Notes: generated by a model from the letters alone, not told the origin. DNA of 64,000 nucleotides from Squalus acanthias (GCA_030390025.1 CM059439.1:68572001-68636000), one strand, 5' to 3'. Counted from the first letter of the stretch, positions 40,985 through 53,016 are shown. Numbers and translations: made by a program.

Positions 40985-41206
40985 TCAGATAAGGCGCTCT
41001 TCTGGCGGTAGTTTAAGGGTATTGTTCATTTCCATCCGAGATCCAGTCTGCTCCTGGTTGCTTGGGCTGTAGTTCCCTTCAGTCTGACGTTTCTCACGCA
41101 GTTTTAGAATTAGAAAAGTCAGAATGATAGCTAGAACTATCACCCCACCAATCACACAGGGAGCCACAATGGCTGCTATGTTTACTTTGTTTGGTGGTGG
41201 ATTTGT
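40985..41206 (-). CDS. Nested CRB3-like terminal exon: TM + 37-aa Crumbs tail ([73 protein letters not shown])
   Basis: attattttcacag acceptor, phase 0, open to [13 protein letters not shown] and [10 protein letters not shown] match CRB3; FERM-binding Y10/P12/E16 and PDZ-binding ERLI are intact. Confidence 0.92.
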   Translation of the reverse strand, partial: TNPPPNKVNIAAIVAPCVIGGVIVLAIILTFLILKLREKRQTEGNYSPSNQEQTGSRMEMNNTLKLPPEERLI

Positions 41207-41329
41207 CTGTGAAAATAATTCACATTTTTATTATTAGAAAGCCTCACACAAATGGGACATACTTTAATCTAGCCAGTGCCTATGAGTCAAAAGCCCAACT
41301 TGATTCATTTTTTTCAGTTTGTTTATTTT

Positions 41330-41555
41330 TTATGCAGCAAATGATGATGATCTGGAATGTATTGCCTGAAAGGGCGGTGGAAGCAGATTCAATCGTAACT
41401 TTCAAAAGGGAATTGGATAAATACTTGAAAAGGAAAAATTTGCAAGGCTATGGGGAAAGAGCAGGGGAGTGAGATTAATTGGATAGCTCTTTCAGAGAGC
41501 CGGCACAGGCTCGGTGGGCCGAATAGCCGCCTTCTGTGCTGGATAATTCAATGAC
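41330..41555 (+). mobile_element. CR1 LINE 3' fragment, immediately upstream (on -) of the CRB3-like terminal exon
   Basis: IWNVLPERAVEADSIVTFKRELDKYL peptide; gggccgaatagccgccttctgtgctg tail. Confidence 0.8.
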
Positions 41556-42520
41556 TACAATGCCACCAGGTCATGTGTTTCCACTGCCCTCAACTACATG
41601 TATACTTCTTAAAACTTACATCTTTTATGAATACATACAACTTCGCTGTGGTTTAAAATAAAAATTCACTTTTACATCCTCATTTCAACTGCCTTCCTGT
41701 TGTTTTCTTATGAGAGAGAGAGTGGTGAGATGGTGGTCTAATGTGGACTCGCCCCATGTCCACTTTCAGCACAACATCTACTGCATACCAGCTGATGGGC
41801 ATGCTATCCAGGCTGCAATACGACCCTTCCCCTGAGATTGGGGCCACTCCACTAACCACAAGGTGGTCTGGTTGAGAACTGCTGAAACTCTTTATTTGGG
41901 GGGTCAGCTGAGATGAAAGGCCAACTGAGGTTAGAATTTGAGCCCAGGTCAGCAGCAATGGAGTCCACTGTTTTATCACTAGAACTGCTGGACTACTACA
42001 ACTTCACTGCCTTATTTGTATGCGCCTGACCCAGGCTTCCACGGTTATGTAACACTGATCACACAATGGACTAGTTCTAGATTAAAGCCTAATGTAATAT
42101 TTCATGCATAATGAATTATTAATTTTTGTATCTAATTCAATGCTTGTTATGAAAACCATGCCCTTCTATATCAGAAACATTTCCACAACAAAAGCACGAA
42201 AGGTTTTGAAACTGCAGTTGGGTTCTCTCAAGTGGCACTTCTACATGGATGCATTACCAGGATAATGCATATAATTGCACAAATTTGTCTTCATTTTAAT
42301 TGAAAAGGATTCTTAATAGCTGCAGCATTGATCATGGTATTAATCTAACAGTATCCTATTAGTGATAATTGGAAGATCAATTGAGATTTCAAAGATGAAA
42401 CTGTATGGTGTTACAGAAGCAGTTTTTACTAAATCCTTTGTGAATTGTACCTTAAAAGCTGAGTTAGACTGAAACCATAGTCTATATTAACATTAGGTCA
42501 AGTTAAATCTATCAACTTAC

Positions 42521-42573
42521 AGATGATGTGCTATCAGCATTTGTTGATTGTGTAGGATCTGTTACATTCACCG
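42521..42573 (-). CDS. Nested CRB3-like gene, coding exon 2: short S/T-rich stalk (A)VNVTDPTQSTNADSTSS
   Basis: ggttcctttacag acceptor, TCT|gtaagt consensus donor; 53 nt, phase 1/0; NVT N-glycosylation sequon. Confidence 0.75.
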
Positions 42574-42874
42574 CTGTAAAGGAACCAACACTAACATGAA
42601 GACGGTACTGAAATGTTGAAAATTTGTAACTTGTTACAAATCTACCCAGTACTAAACACAAATCACCAACTTTTCTCTGTCAAAGTGACTGCAGCCTGTG
42701 CACAAGGAATGTATTTTCATTGCAGTCTTTCTTTATCAAGGTGAGGGATTACCCAGTAAATAATTTAAAATGCTTCTGCGCCAGTGAGCGGCTGCTAACC
42801 CCTGAAGTGAGCTTCGCCTATATTGCAGATACCTGCATTTACAATGAAAGTGTGTGAACCAGAGTGGTCTACTG

Positions 42875-43739
42875 TAGGGTGACCATATTTTCTAAACAGA
42901 ATGTGGGGACACACAAGGTGGGAGCACAGCAAAGTAGCCAGGACGCTTTTCAAGAAGGCCGGCAAGACGAACTTCTGAGAGTGGAATACACGTAGAGACA
43001 ACACCATTTTCACTTTACACCGAATCCTGAATCTTGCGTTTGTTCTGGCAATAGTGCTGTACCAGCTATACTCGTCCCCGAATATCCTAACTTTTAATTT
43101 CTCAATTTTAAATCTGTTCCAAACAGACTGAGATTTTCCATATAATGTGTGAAACACCCTCTGTCTCAGAAGATTTCAGAATCCTCTTTCCGGTGGGAGA
43201 ATTTAGAGCTTGCCTTATTCCTTAAAAAAAACAAGATGCTCCTTACTGAGCTGTGAGGTAAAATAAATCCACTCACTCACCAGCTCTCACTGCGCCCCTC
43301 GGCTTCTCCCGCGCACTTTAAAGGTTCCGCCCTCCGGCCAGTCACTATTGGCCAAAACTTGGGGTCAGGTGACTCAATCTCCCAGAGTGCAGTGCGGCTC
43401 GAGCTATAATCGGAGCCTATTCTCCACCACGCTGCATTGTTGGACGTCGGGGCTGTCAGCATCGCCTCCATTCAACCGGCTCCTGGATTCCGTTCCTGAG
43501 CTCAAACCGAGTGCGAACAGGACGAGAAGCTCCCCCCTGGGTTTCTGAATATTCGTGTTTAATTCCAGTCTATCCAAAAATAAAGTTAAAACCCAACTCC
43601 TGCCGCCCAGTGGACCAATGAATATGGCTGTATTCGGGGATGAGTTTCCTGAACCGGGGACACTTCCGGAGACGGTGTTTGCCCGGGGACACAGTACCTA
43701 ATCACTGTCCCTGGAAAATGGGGATGTATGGTTAGCCTA
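42875..43739. mobile_element. Non-autonomous hAT (Blackjack-like) DNA transposon
   Basis: TIR tagggtgaccata / tatggttagccta; perfect 8-bp TSD gtctactg at 42867-42874 and 43740-43747; subterminal ggggacac repeats. Confidence 0.85.
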
Positions 43740-44408
43740 GTCTACTGCCCCCGCCCTCTAGTCAGGCAAGGCTGCCCTCTATGCATTTGTACCAAATGTC
43801 CAACTCTTCATTGGTCCCCAGCTGCTGGTGAAATTCTAATATTGAAGAAAAGCCAATGTGGCTGCCAACTCTTTACTAATATTAGAAACCTGAAGGTGGT
43901 CGAGTGAACTAAGTGGTGTCTTTTCAAACTTAGCTTATAATGCTGGCCTGACATCAGTTACAACTGGAGCCAATGGGAAAGCCAAATGGTTTGAAAATAT
44001 CTCCAATTGGTCTAATACCTGGTGCAAAAAGCTGAACTGATACAATTCATGTTATTTTGTAGGAGCACAAGTATAGCTGACCTACAATAGGGGCAGAACT
44101 TGCTCTAAGACTGTAGAGGCTGAGATGCAGAACAAAAGTGTTAGTTACATGCAACAAAGTAACTAATAATGATAGGCAAATCAAGGTTCCCTCTAATGCA
44201 AAACAGCTTAGTGCAGACAAAGCTTAAACATGGGTGTTAAGAAGACCAATACCAGGATCTAATCCTAGAAAGCCAGTTCTACAGAAACTAACCACTGCCT
44301 TTGTAATCTTGTCAAGGAATATCATCTTCATGGGAAAAATGTCTGGCAAGCCTGTTTTGTTTGATTCATTGAAAACACACGATGCAATAAGGTAAACCAA
44401 GACAAAAT

Positions 44409-45152
44409 GGCCCAGAAATTAATGACGGAGCCTTCGTGCGGGGGTAAGGCTTCCCCGCGATATCTCACTGCGCGCCTGCCTTTTCATTCCGAGCTCGCAC
44501 GAACTTGATTTTCTAGACAGCAGCTGTGCAGTGCTTCCGTATCCCACAGGCGCAGTTAATTCGTGCGAGCTGTGGGATCACGTGATTCAGTTAGAGCCAA
44601 TGGCAGCACACCATCTTTCATTCATAGTTTTCACAGCAAGTGCTGTGAAAGCTATGAATCTATACCCCCTCAAAAGAACAGCTAAACCTCAATTAAATTT
44701 TTTTAAAAAACCATCACATTAATAAAATAAGTATAGTTAAATAAATTAACCACTTTAAACAAAAAATTAAATTTTTGAAAAAATTTAAAATCTTTTAAAA
44801 AGTTATAAAAATAAACTTACCTTTCTTTAAAGTCTCTAAAAAAGATATACCTGTTGAAAAAAATTCAAAATAATACTTAATTAACTACTTACCTTGTTAA
44901 AAGAGGGTCTTACGCCTCCTTTCTTTATGTGCAAAATCTTCCATGCTTACCTGCGCGTTCAAAGCACTAAGTGCACTGCGTGCGCGCAGCCTGTAGCGCG
45001 CACGCGGTTCACCTAGGAACCGCCCCCTTTTGAAATCACCAAGTGCCGGTTTTCAGCGCATGCGCAGTGCATGCAGAAAACCGGCAATTGGAGACAGAAT
45101 ACGCGAGAGTACACAGTGCGTACTCTCGCGTAGAGACACTAATTTTTGGGCC
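44409..45152. mobile_element. PIF/Harbinger-type MITE, copy 1
   Basis: TIR ggcccagaaatta / taatttttgggcc; 3-bp TSD AAT; highly similar copy at 53406-54127. Confidence 0.85.
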
Positions 45153-46826
45153 AATATGTCACTGCATTAGTTACACATAACAATGTTGGAGCAGAATGAG
45201 CCACTCTTCTGGCTCTTGTCTTTTCCAACAAACAGGAGAAAGCTTTCCAAACATTGTTTTTCTTACAGATAGTATGCCTTAAAATTAATTGCACTCCACT
45301 GCAGAACTGTTATTGAAGGACTGATCTTATTCATTTCCTGAAACAGCGCCGTGAGCGTCAGTTATTGATGTTCAGTTGGATCTTTTGTGAGCAAGGAAGG
45401 AGCTTTCTTAGTTTGGTTGTGTTGGCATTGGTCATTGAAAGATTAGCTGCTGGGTTGATGTGTATGATGCAACCTGTTACATGAGGTTACCCTCAGTCAC
45501 TCTGAGGTATTTGTGTATCTTCATTTTATCTGAAAGTGCAGTATTCAGTCAGTCAGGTCATCATATGATTAATCAACATCTTCATTTTTGCTGTATCGTG
45601 CGACTACCAGGATGGTAGAAGGCAAACTAGACGGACCCTGTCTAGAAATTCCCATGTTCTACTCAGCATGGGTCTGATTAAGTGTGTTTCAAAGATTATT
45701 TTTAGCAATTGCACCATCCCTTTTTGAAAGCTGAAACATGGTTTATTTTAGGACTTAACAAGGTAAAGAGCTGTCATGCCAAGATCTACTTATTAATGGC
45801 AGAATGGTTAATAAATGGATTCAGTGCAGTGCAACAATTTCTATGTTTGGATTCTTTTCCCTCCAAAAAATGTATGTTTTAAGAGAGAAAAGTTGAATAA
45901 TTCCAGCCTTTCTTTGTGCCTAGGCCTACACAGGAGCTGAGTGAGTATGGGCAGCTGCATCCACATAGTCATCGGCTGTCCCAGAGTTCTTCATAGTACA
46001 TTGTACTCGGGCTGATGCAAGCAACACATTACCATGTCTTTTGCTGCACCTGAATTGATATAAATGTGGTGTCTGTCAGAATGCCTGTTAGACAGTGTGC
46101 TACCCTAATACTCATTGAAAATGAAATCCTCCCTTCAAGTATTCTAGGCCTGCAAGGTAATTTTTTTTAGAATATTTCACTTATTTGACTGGGGATTATA
46201 CAGTAAAGTACCTTTTTAAATTCTGGTTAAAGTGGAAGACATTGAAATTTTTCTTGATTTGTTTAATCATAAAAGAACTTTACTTTTTTTTATTTTGCCT
46301 GTTAAGAGTTGTCCACATATGGCTTGGGTGGGTGTTGCACAACATTAAGATGAATGAATGATTCATTTCCTTTAAACTTTCAGGGAATCTTCCTATTGCC
46401 TCTCCTTTTTATTTGGCTTTCTTTGATGTGCTGTTAATGTTTTAACTCTCAGTTACAGGTTACACAAGGGCCTGTTTCATGCACTTTTACTACACTTGTG
46501 ACGAACATATCTTTCCAATGTGGAGACCAATCTCCCTCAATCGGAGATCAGTAACTGGCACAGATCCTTGTCCTTACGTTTCCTGAATGTTTCAGTGGGT
46601 GCATAGAGATGCCTAAAAACTGTTTGATGTTTCATGGAGGACATATACTACAGACTGATGGTTTATAGAAAGTCTACAAGCCTTGTGAGTTATGTTGCTG
46701 CAAATGAGTGATTTACTTTCAATAAACCACCAGTTCCCAATGTGCATGAATTTCTTATAATAATTTAGCATTATTTTATATATTTTAATTCTTGGGTTAA
46801 TCAGTTAGCATTTTGACTGGACTATT

Positions 46827-47989
46827 ATAAGAACATAAGAAATAGGAGCAGGAATAGGCCACTTGGCCCCTCGAGCCTGCTCCGCTATTCAATAAGATCT
46901 TGGCTGATCTTGGGCTCAAAGCCACTTCCCTGCCAGCTCCCCATAATCCTTCACTCCCTTATCTTGCAAAAATTTATCTATCTCCAACTTAAATGTATTA
47001 ATGACCCAGCCTTCACAGCTCTCTGGGGCAGAGAATTCCACAGATTTACGAACCTCAGAGAAGAAATTCCTCCTCATCTCAGTTCTAAAAGGGCGACCCT
47101 TTATTCTGAAACTGTGCCCCCGAGTTCTAGATTTCTGCAAGAGGGGAAACATCCTCTCTGCATCTAACTTGTCGAGCCCCCTCAGTATCTTATATGTTTC
47201 AATAAGATCACCTCTCATTCTTCTAAATTCCAATGAGTATAGGCCCAGCCTGCTCAACCTTTCCTCATAAGTCAACCCCCTCATCTCTGGAATTAACCTA
47301 GTGAATCGTCTCTGAACTGCCTCCAATGCAAGTATATCCTTTCTTAAATAAGGAGACCAAAACTGTACGCAGTACTCAAGGTGTGGTCTCACCAATACCC
47401 TGTACAGTTGTAGCAGCTTCCCTGCTTTTATACTCCAACCCCCTTGAAATAAAGGCTAACATTCCATTTGCCTTTTTGATTACTTGCTGTACCTGCATGC
47501 TAACTTTTTGTGTTTCATGCACAAGGACCCCCAGGTCCCTCTGAACTGTAGCATTTTGTAATCTCTCTCCATTTAAACAATAGTTTGCTTTTTTATTTTT
47601 CCTGCCAAAGTGGATAACCTCGCACTTTCCCACATTATACTCCATCTGCCAAATGTTTGCCCACTCACTTAGCCTGTCTATATCCCTTTGCAGATTCTTT
47701 GAGTCCTCTGCACAACTTGCTTTCCCACCCATCTTTGTATCATCCGCAAACTTGGCTACATTACACTCTGTCCCTTCATCCAAGTCATTAATGTAGATTG
47801 TAAATAGTTGAGGCCCAGCACCGATCCCTGTGGCATCGCACTAGTTACCATTTGCCAACCGGAAAATGACCCATTTATCCCGACTCTCTGCTTTCTGTTA
47901 GTTAGCCAATTCTCTATCCATGCTAATATATTACCCCCAATTCTGTGAGCTCTTATCTTATGCAGTAACCTTTTATGTGGCACCTCAAA
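46827..47989 (-). mobile_element. CR1 LINE fragment (RT domain to 3' tail), frameshifted
   Basis: VPHKRLL..PQGSVLG, KFADDTK and VRPHLEYCVQFWSP spread over three ORFs. Confidence 0.95.
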
Positions 47990-48256
47990 CGGTGGAAGGT
48001 GAATGGACAGGTTAGATTTAATGACTTCACTCAGATGGTGGTGGGAGAGACTAGGCAGTCTCAAGGTGACAATGGAGGCACCTTCAAGAAGGAGCTGCAT
48101 AGATTTTTTGTGAAAGATGCAACTGAATGATACGAGTGGTCTGGAACAGTGTTTTTTGAGCATTGCTTCTGGCCAAATATCTCAACTGATCCTGTATGTT
48201 TCCATATTTCTGTGTTTCTGGACACATTTGGTGGCTACATCTTGTAACTGGAACGT

Positions 48257-49418
48257 ATTCGATAAGGTGCTACACAAGAGGTTATTAAACAAAATTAGGG
48301 CTCATAGGATTGGGGGTAATATACTAGCATGGACTGAGGATTGGTTAACGGACAGAAAACAGAGAGTAGGAATAAACGGGTCATTTTCGGGTTGGCTGTA
48401 ACTAGTGAGGTACTGCAACGATCAGTGCTTGGGCCTCAGCTATTCACAATCTACATCAATGATTTGGATGAGGGGACCAAATGTAATATATCCAAGTTTG
48501 CTGATGATGCAAAACTAGGTGGGAATGTAAGTTGTGAGGAGGATGCAAGGAGGCTTCAAGGGGATATAGACAGGTAAGTGAGTGGGCAAGAACATGGCAA
48601 ATGGAATATAATGTGGAGAAATGTGAAGTTATCCACTTTGGTAGGAAAAATAGAAAAGTAGAGTATTTGTTAAAATGGTGAGAGATTGGGAAATGTTGGT
48701 GTTCAGAGGGACTTGGGTGTCCTTGTACACAAATTACTGAAAGTTAAAATGCAGGTACAGCAAGCAATTAGGAAAGCAAATGGTATGTTGGCCTTTATTA
48801 CAAGAGGATTTGAGTATAAGAATAAAGACGTCTTACTGCAATTATATAGGGCCCTGGTGAGACCACACCTGGAGTATTGTGTACAGTTTTGGTCTCCTTA
48901 CCTAAGGAAGGATATACTTGCCATAGAGGGAAGGCAATGAAGGTTCACCAGACTGATTCCTGGGATGGGGGGATTGTCCTATGAGGAGAGATTGAGTAGA
49001 CTAGGCCTATATTCTCTAGAGTTTAGAAGAATGAGAGGTGATCTCATTGAAATTTACAAAATTCTTACGGGGCTTGACAGGGTAGATGCAGGGAGGATGT
49101 TTCCCCTGGTTGGGGAGTCTAGAACCAGGGGTCACAGTCTCAGAATAAGGGGTCGGCCATTTAGGAATGAGATGGGGAGAAATTTCTTCACTCAGAGAGT
49201 GGTGAATCTTTGGAATTCTCTACCCCAGAGGGCTGTGGAGGCTCAGTTGTTGAGTATATTGAAGACAGAGATCGATAGATTTTGAATATTAGGGGAATCA
49301 ATGGATAGGGGGATAGTGCAGGAAAGTGGAGTTGAGGTAGAAGATCAGCCATGATCTTATTGAATGGCGGAGCAGGCTCGAAGGGCCAAATGGACTACTC
49401 CTGCTCCTATTTCTTATG
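48257..49418 (+). mobile_element. CR1 LINE fragment (RT domain to 3' tail), frameshifted
   Basis: FDKVLHKRLL, KFADDAK, VRPHLEYCVQFWSP and WNSLP over four ORFs; CR1 tail. Confidence 0.95.
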
Positions 49419-49655
49419 CACCACAAAAGACAAGTTCTGATGGCTTATATATATCATATGAGTAACCAGAAAATGTAAATCATTGCCTTAGAGACACCTG
49501 TATGATAAAATTACCTTTAGAATTTTAATTGGCGTAGTTACATATTCGGATTGGGAATTGGCATAGTTATGCATTCGATTGTTTCACAAGTATGTGCAAA
49601 CAATGCAGTGGCACCCAAGATTAAATCAATTCTGGATCATTTAGTTCCTCAACTA

Positions 49656-50009
49656 CAGGAAACTTTTTATTAACTGGCACCGGCGTGGTGCCGGTTAATC
49701 AAAAAGTCCGGATAACGGAGAGTTATATCTCCCAACGTACGAGAGCCCCGTACACACTGACATGCGCCTGCATTCGGAGCTCCGTCTCCCCGGGGACCGC
49801 CAGCTGACCATCTGTCGTGTCCGCTGCCTACCCGGGCTGCACATTCCCCTCCCAATCTACATGCTCCGATACAAGTCAAACGCCTCGGGGTTTTTTTTAA
49901 GTTATTTTTAAAGGAGAGATGAAGGAAAACCCCGGTTACCTACTCAAGAATTTTGCCGGTTAAGAGAGATTTCCGGTTATTTGGGTGCCGGTTAAAAGAG
50001 AGTTTCCTG
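49656..50009. mobile_element. Tc1/mariner (Tigger/pogo-like) MITE
   Basis: TIR caggaaactttttattaactggcacc / ggtgccggttaaaagagagtttcctg, flanked by TA on both sides. Confidence 0.8.
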
Positions 50010-50824
50010 TACATTGTTCTGCCTGCAGACAGTTTTGATACAGCACCGTACAACATCTTTAAGCAGGTTTAAGCCCCACTGCCATTTTGTTCTTATGTGT
50101 CATGCAATGTTCTGACAGCTGTGATGGAGTCAGCTTTTTACAACCCTGGAAACCCTGGAAAAATTAATTTCAATTGCTTTATGAGAAAAAGGGTTAATGC
50201 ACAGATCTGACATGTTTTCAAATGTATCCGAATCACCTTTTCCCAAAGGAAATTCCACTTACAATTATCATAGTACTTCCTATTTTCTCTCATTTATCCC
50301 AGTTTGAATATTATAATTTTTACATTTTACTGTGAGTGGCATTGTCATTTTAAATATGAAGTCAGTATATTTTTTATCTCAGTTATTAACTGGTAAGTTT
50401 ATTATTTAGTACAAACTCCTCTTCAGAAAATAATAGTATTTTGATTATACTGGGAAACTGAAGACAACAGTGGCTGTTTCCTCTTTGACCACTAAAACTA
50501 CTGATATTTTCCTTTCTGTATTCTTCACATTTAGTCTCCTTGACTCATGCATCATGCACCAATAAAACCACATCCATTAACAGTAAAAGCATCACCTCAG
50601 TCCAATCTTTAAACGTACTAAACATTTCAGTCATAAAAACTGCCCTTGTTCCCAGCCTTGCATCGATGATCCATTACCTATTTAGATTTGACAGACTTCA
50701 GATATAATTATCCAATCTAAAAATAGCAACACATTAGGTCTGGGTTAGTTTTATCCAGCACAGTCTAAAAAGTTACAATTCTATTTCTGCACCTTCCTTT
50801 TACTTTTAGCAAGCACAGGTTTAC

Positions 50825-50906
50825 CTTGTGTGAGCAAAGATCCTCGCTTTAGTAAAAGTACTGTAACCGACAACCAGCCAAAGCCCAGGAGCAGTCGTTT
50901 TTCCAT
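50825..50906 (-). CDS. Nested CRB3-like gene, coding exon 1: signal peptide MEKRLLLGFGWLSVTVLLLKRGSLLTQ
   Basis: agaATGG strong Kozak context; basic n-region plus hydrophobic core; AAG|gtaaac donor; 82 nt, phase 1, matching the acceptor phase of the exon at 42573. Confidence 0.7.
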
Positions 50907-52479
50907 TCTAACAGAGCATTGCTCTACAACTTGAAAAGCAATTCCAAAATTTCAAGTGATATTCCTGAAGAGATCGGTCCTGGGAACTTAAGAGTCTTTT
51001 TAATTCAAATTAAAAAGACGTTGAGACTGGTTGCAAAGAAGTCCCTTTTTTCTATGCAGTTAGACTGGCTTCCTGCTTTGCTGGTAGTTTCTGCCTGTAC
51101 CTTTTGAAAACTAGCAATTTCTATCAGACGCCGTGTGATACCTGCCTCCAGTTTCAGGTTACAGCCACACCTGAACCCTGCAGCTAATACCTTAACCTAT
51201 GGTGTAATCTATTGTCAGGCCCCCATTGCTGTCTTTGGCAGGCCTTAAAAAAAATCTTACATTTTTATCCAAAAAAATCTACTTGAGTTTTTTTTTCCCA
51301 GAACAAATACCAGTGTTATTTTATATTAAAAGTCCTCTCTGAATATATATTATTCAGTTATATATATCAAGGTGACAATAAACTGATTCTGAACAAAAAC
51401 TCATTGTTATCCCTCAGTGGATTTTTCATGCCACAGGGTAAGTACCCTAGGATGTCTTTGTAGCACTGTAGTTCCACAAAGATATTGCTAAATATACAAT
51501 CGTAGATAAACACATCTGAACTCGCTACCAGTAGTTCCCAAAAAGCATAGTGAATGAGAGATTAATCAAATATGTTTTAGGTCAAATATTCAAACTTTTT
51601 TCCCCCAATTTTGTCCAGCTAGATTAGAGAAATTCAAAATGTTCATCATTTGTAATTGTGTGAGTGCCACTATGATTCATCCACAAAGTATGTATGCTGA
51701 AAATCTCAATTTTTTTTTGACAAACCTCGTTGCCAATCATACACTTTTCCAGACCACTTGTAACTCTGCTTTTCCAAAAATTAATTCAGATCTGCAGTGA
51801 GACAAATTTTTATTTTAATGATGATAAAATAGAGAATTGGTAAAACATTATAAACGTATTAACATTATAAGTAGAGATAACTTTTAAAAAGATTGAAAAT
51901 AATATATCTACACTTTGACAAAAACCACTTCCCTTGTACACTGTGGTGCCATTTTTCATACTGTCCACACGTGCATACAGGCTTTGTGGATGATCCCAAA
52001 TTAATACTGAAATAAATCACAGCTGTGGGTCTACACGTCTCTGTGTACAGGTTTGGAGTTGACATATCGGTTGATATTTCAACCAGTGTTTTCCTGATTG
52101 AAGATATATTCGAGGTGCCGTCTCGCAGAAGCATGTGCATATGCTGTTGGATTCTGCATTCATAGTAACATGTGATATATTTTTTCTCATTCTTTTTTAT
52201 GAAGTTATTTTATTTTCTCTCTCTCAGAACTCATGCCCTCCACTTTCCCCGTTCCTGAGGCAACCTGCTCCCAGGTCCCTGTTTGTGCTTCTCTCAATCT
52301 GGCCACCAGGGGGAGGGGGTATAAAAGTAGATCAGGGCAACATCCCCAATTTTTCTCACATTTTAAAAGCAGTTATAATCAGTAACATAAAACCAAATGA
52401 ATGTGATCCTAACTTAACCAAATGCAAACCAGAATTCTACATTTCTATAGCGCTCCTCATGTCGGAGTGCTCACTGGCT

Positions 52480-53014
52480 CAGTGATAGCAACTGAGAGAC
52501 GATCAGGACATTGGGACTGGGCCGATCAGGGGTGGGGGCGACGAGAGATGGCCGGCAGCAGCCCTTGGTTTTAATGTGGAGCTAGGAGGTGCACTGCTGC
52601 TCCTCCCAGTTCCATATTTAGTTAAGTATTTTTTAAACACTTACGTTTTTGGTGGCTGCCTGCAACGGTCCCTTTAAGGGCCTCCGGTTTGGCCGGATGT
52701 AGGCCAGGTTTTCCTGGCTGTGTTCAGGAAAACCAGGTCTTCGTGTGGCCAAGCTGGCGGCGTTCAGAGCAACCCAATTTTGTATTGGGGGCCTTAAACA
52801 CACGTTAGGCCCCTTATTTGCATATGCAAATGATACAGTAATGTCTGTTCCAGGTGCAGGCCCTGAACGTCTATTTTTTTTGCCTCTACCAATATGGAGG
52901 GCAGCGTACTTCCGGCTCGTAATGAGCACGCGTTTCCTGCCCACCATATTAGACGTTTAGACGCCCATTTAGCACCTGAAAAACAGGCACGGCGCCATCG
53001 AATTTCTGGATCGC
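52480..53014. mobile_element. Partial MITE-like element
   Basis: CpG-rich block with ccctttaaggg and atttgcatatgcaaat palindromes, ending in gaatttctggatc, similar to the other MITE ends. Confidence 0.4.
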
Positions 53015-53016
53015 TG

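Noticed and set aside
40985-41206. Processed CRB3 pseudogene as explanation for the second tail exon
   Set aside because: It begins at a proper splice acceptor, has separate upstream intron-split exons, an intact frame, and no poly(A) tract or TSD.
41700-41995. Ancient tRNA-derived SINE relic on - (a similar LF-SINE-like relic at ~37370-37535)
   Set aside because: Resemblance is only impressionistic; family and boundaries cannot be established without a Dfam/Repbase search.
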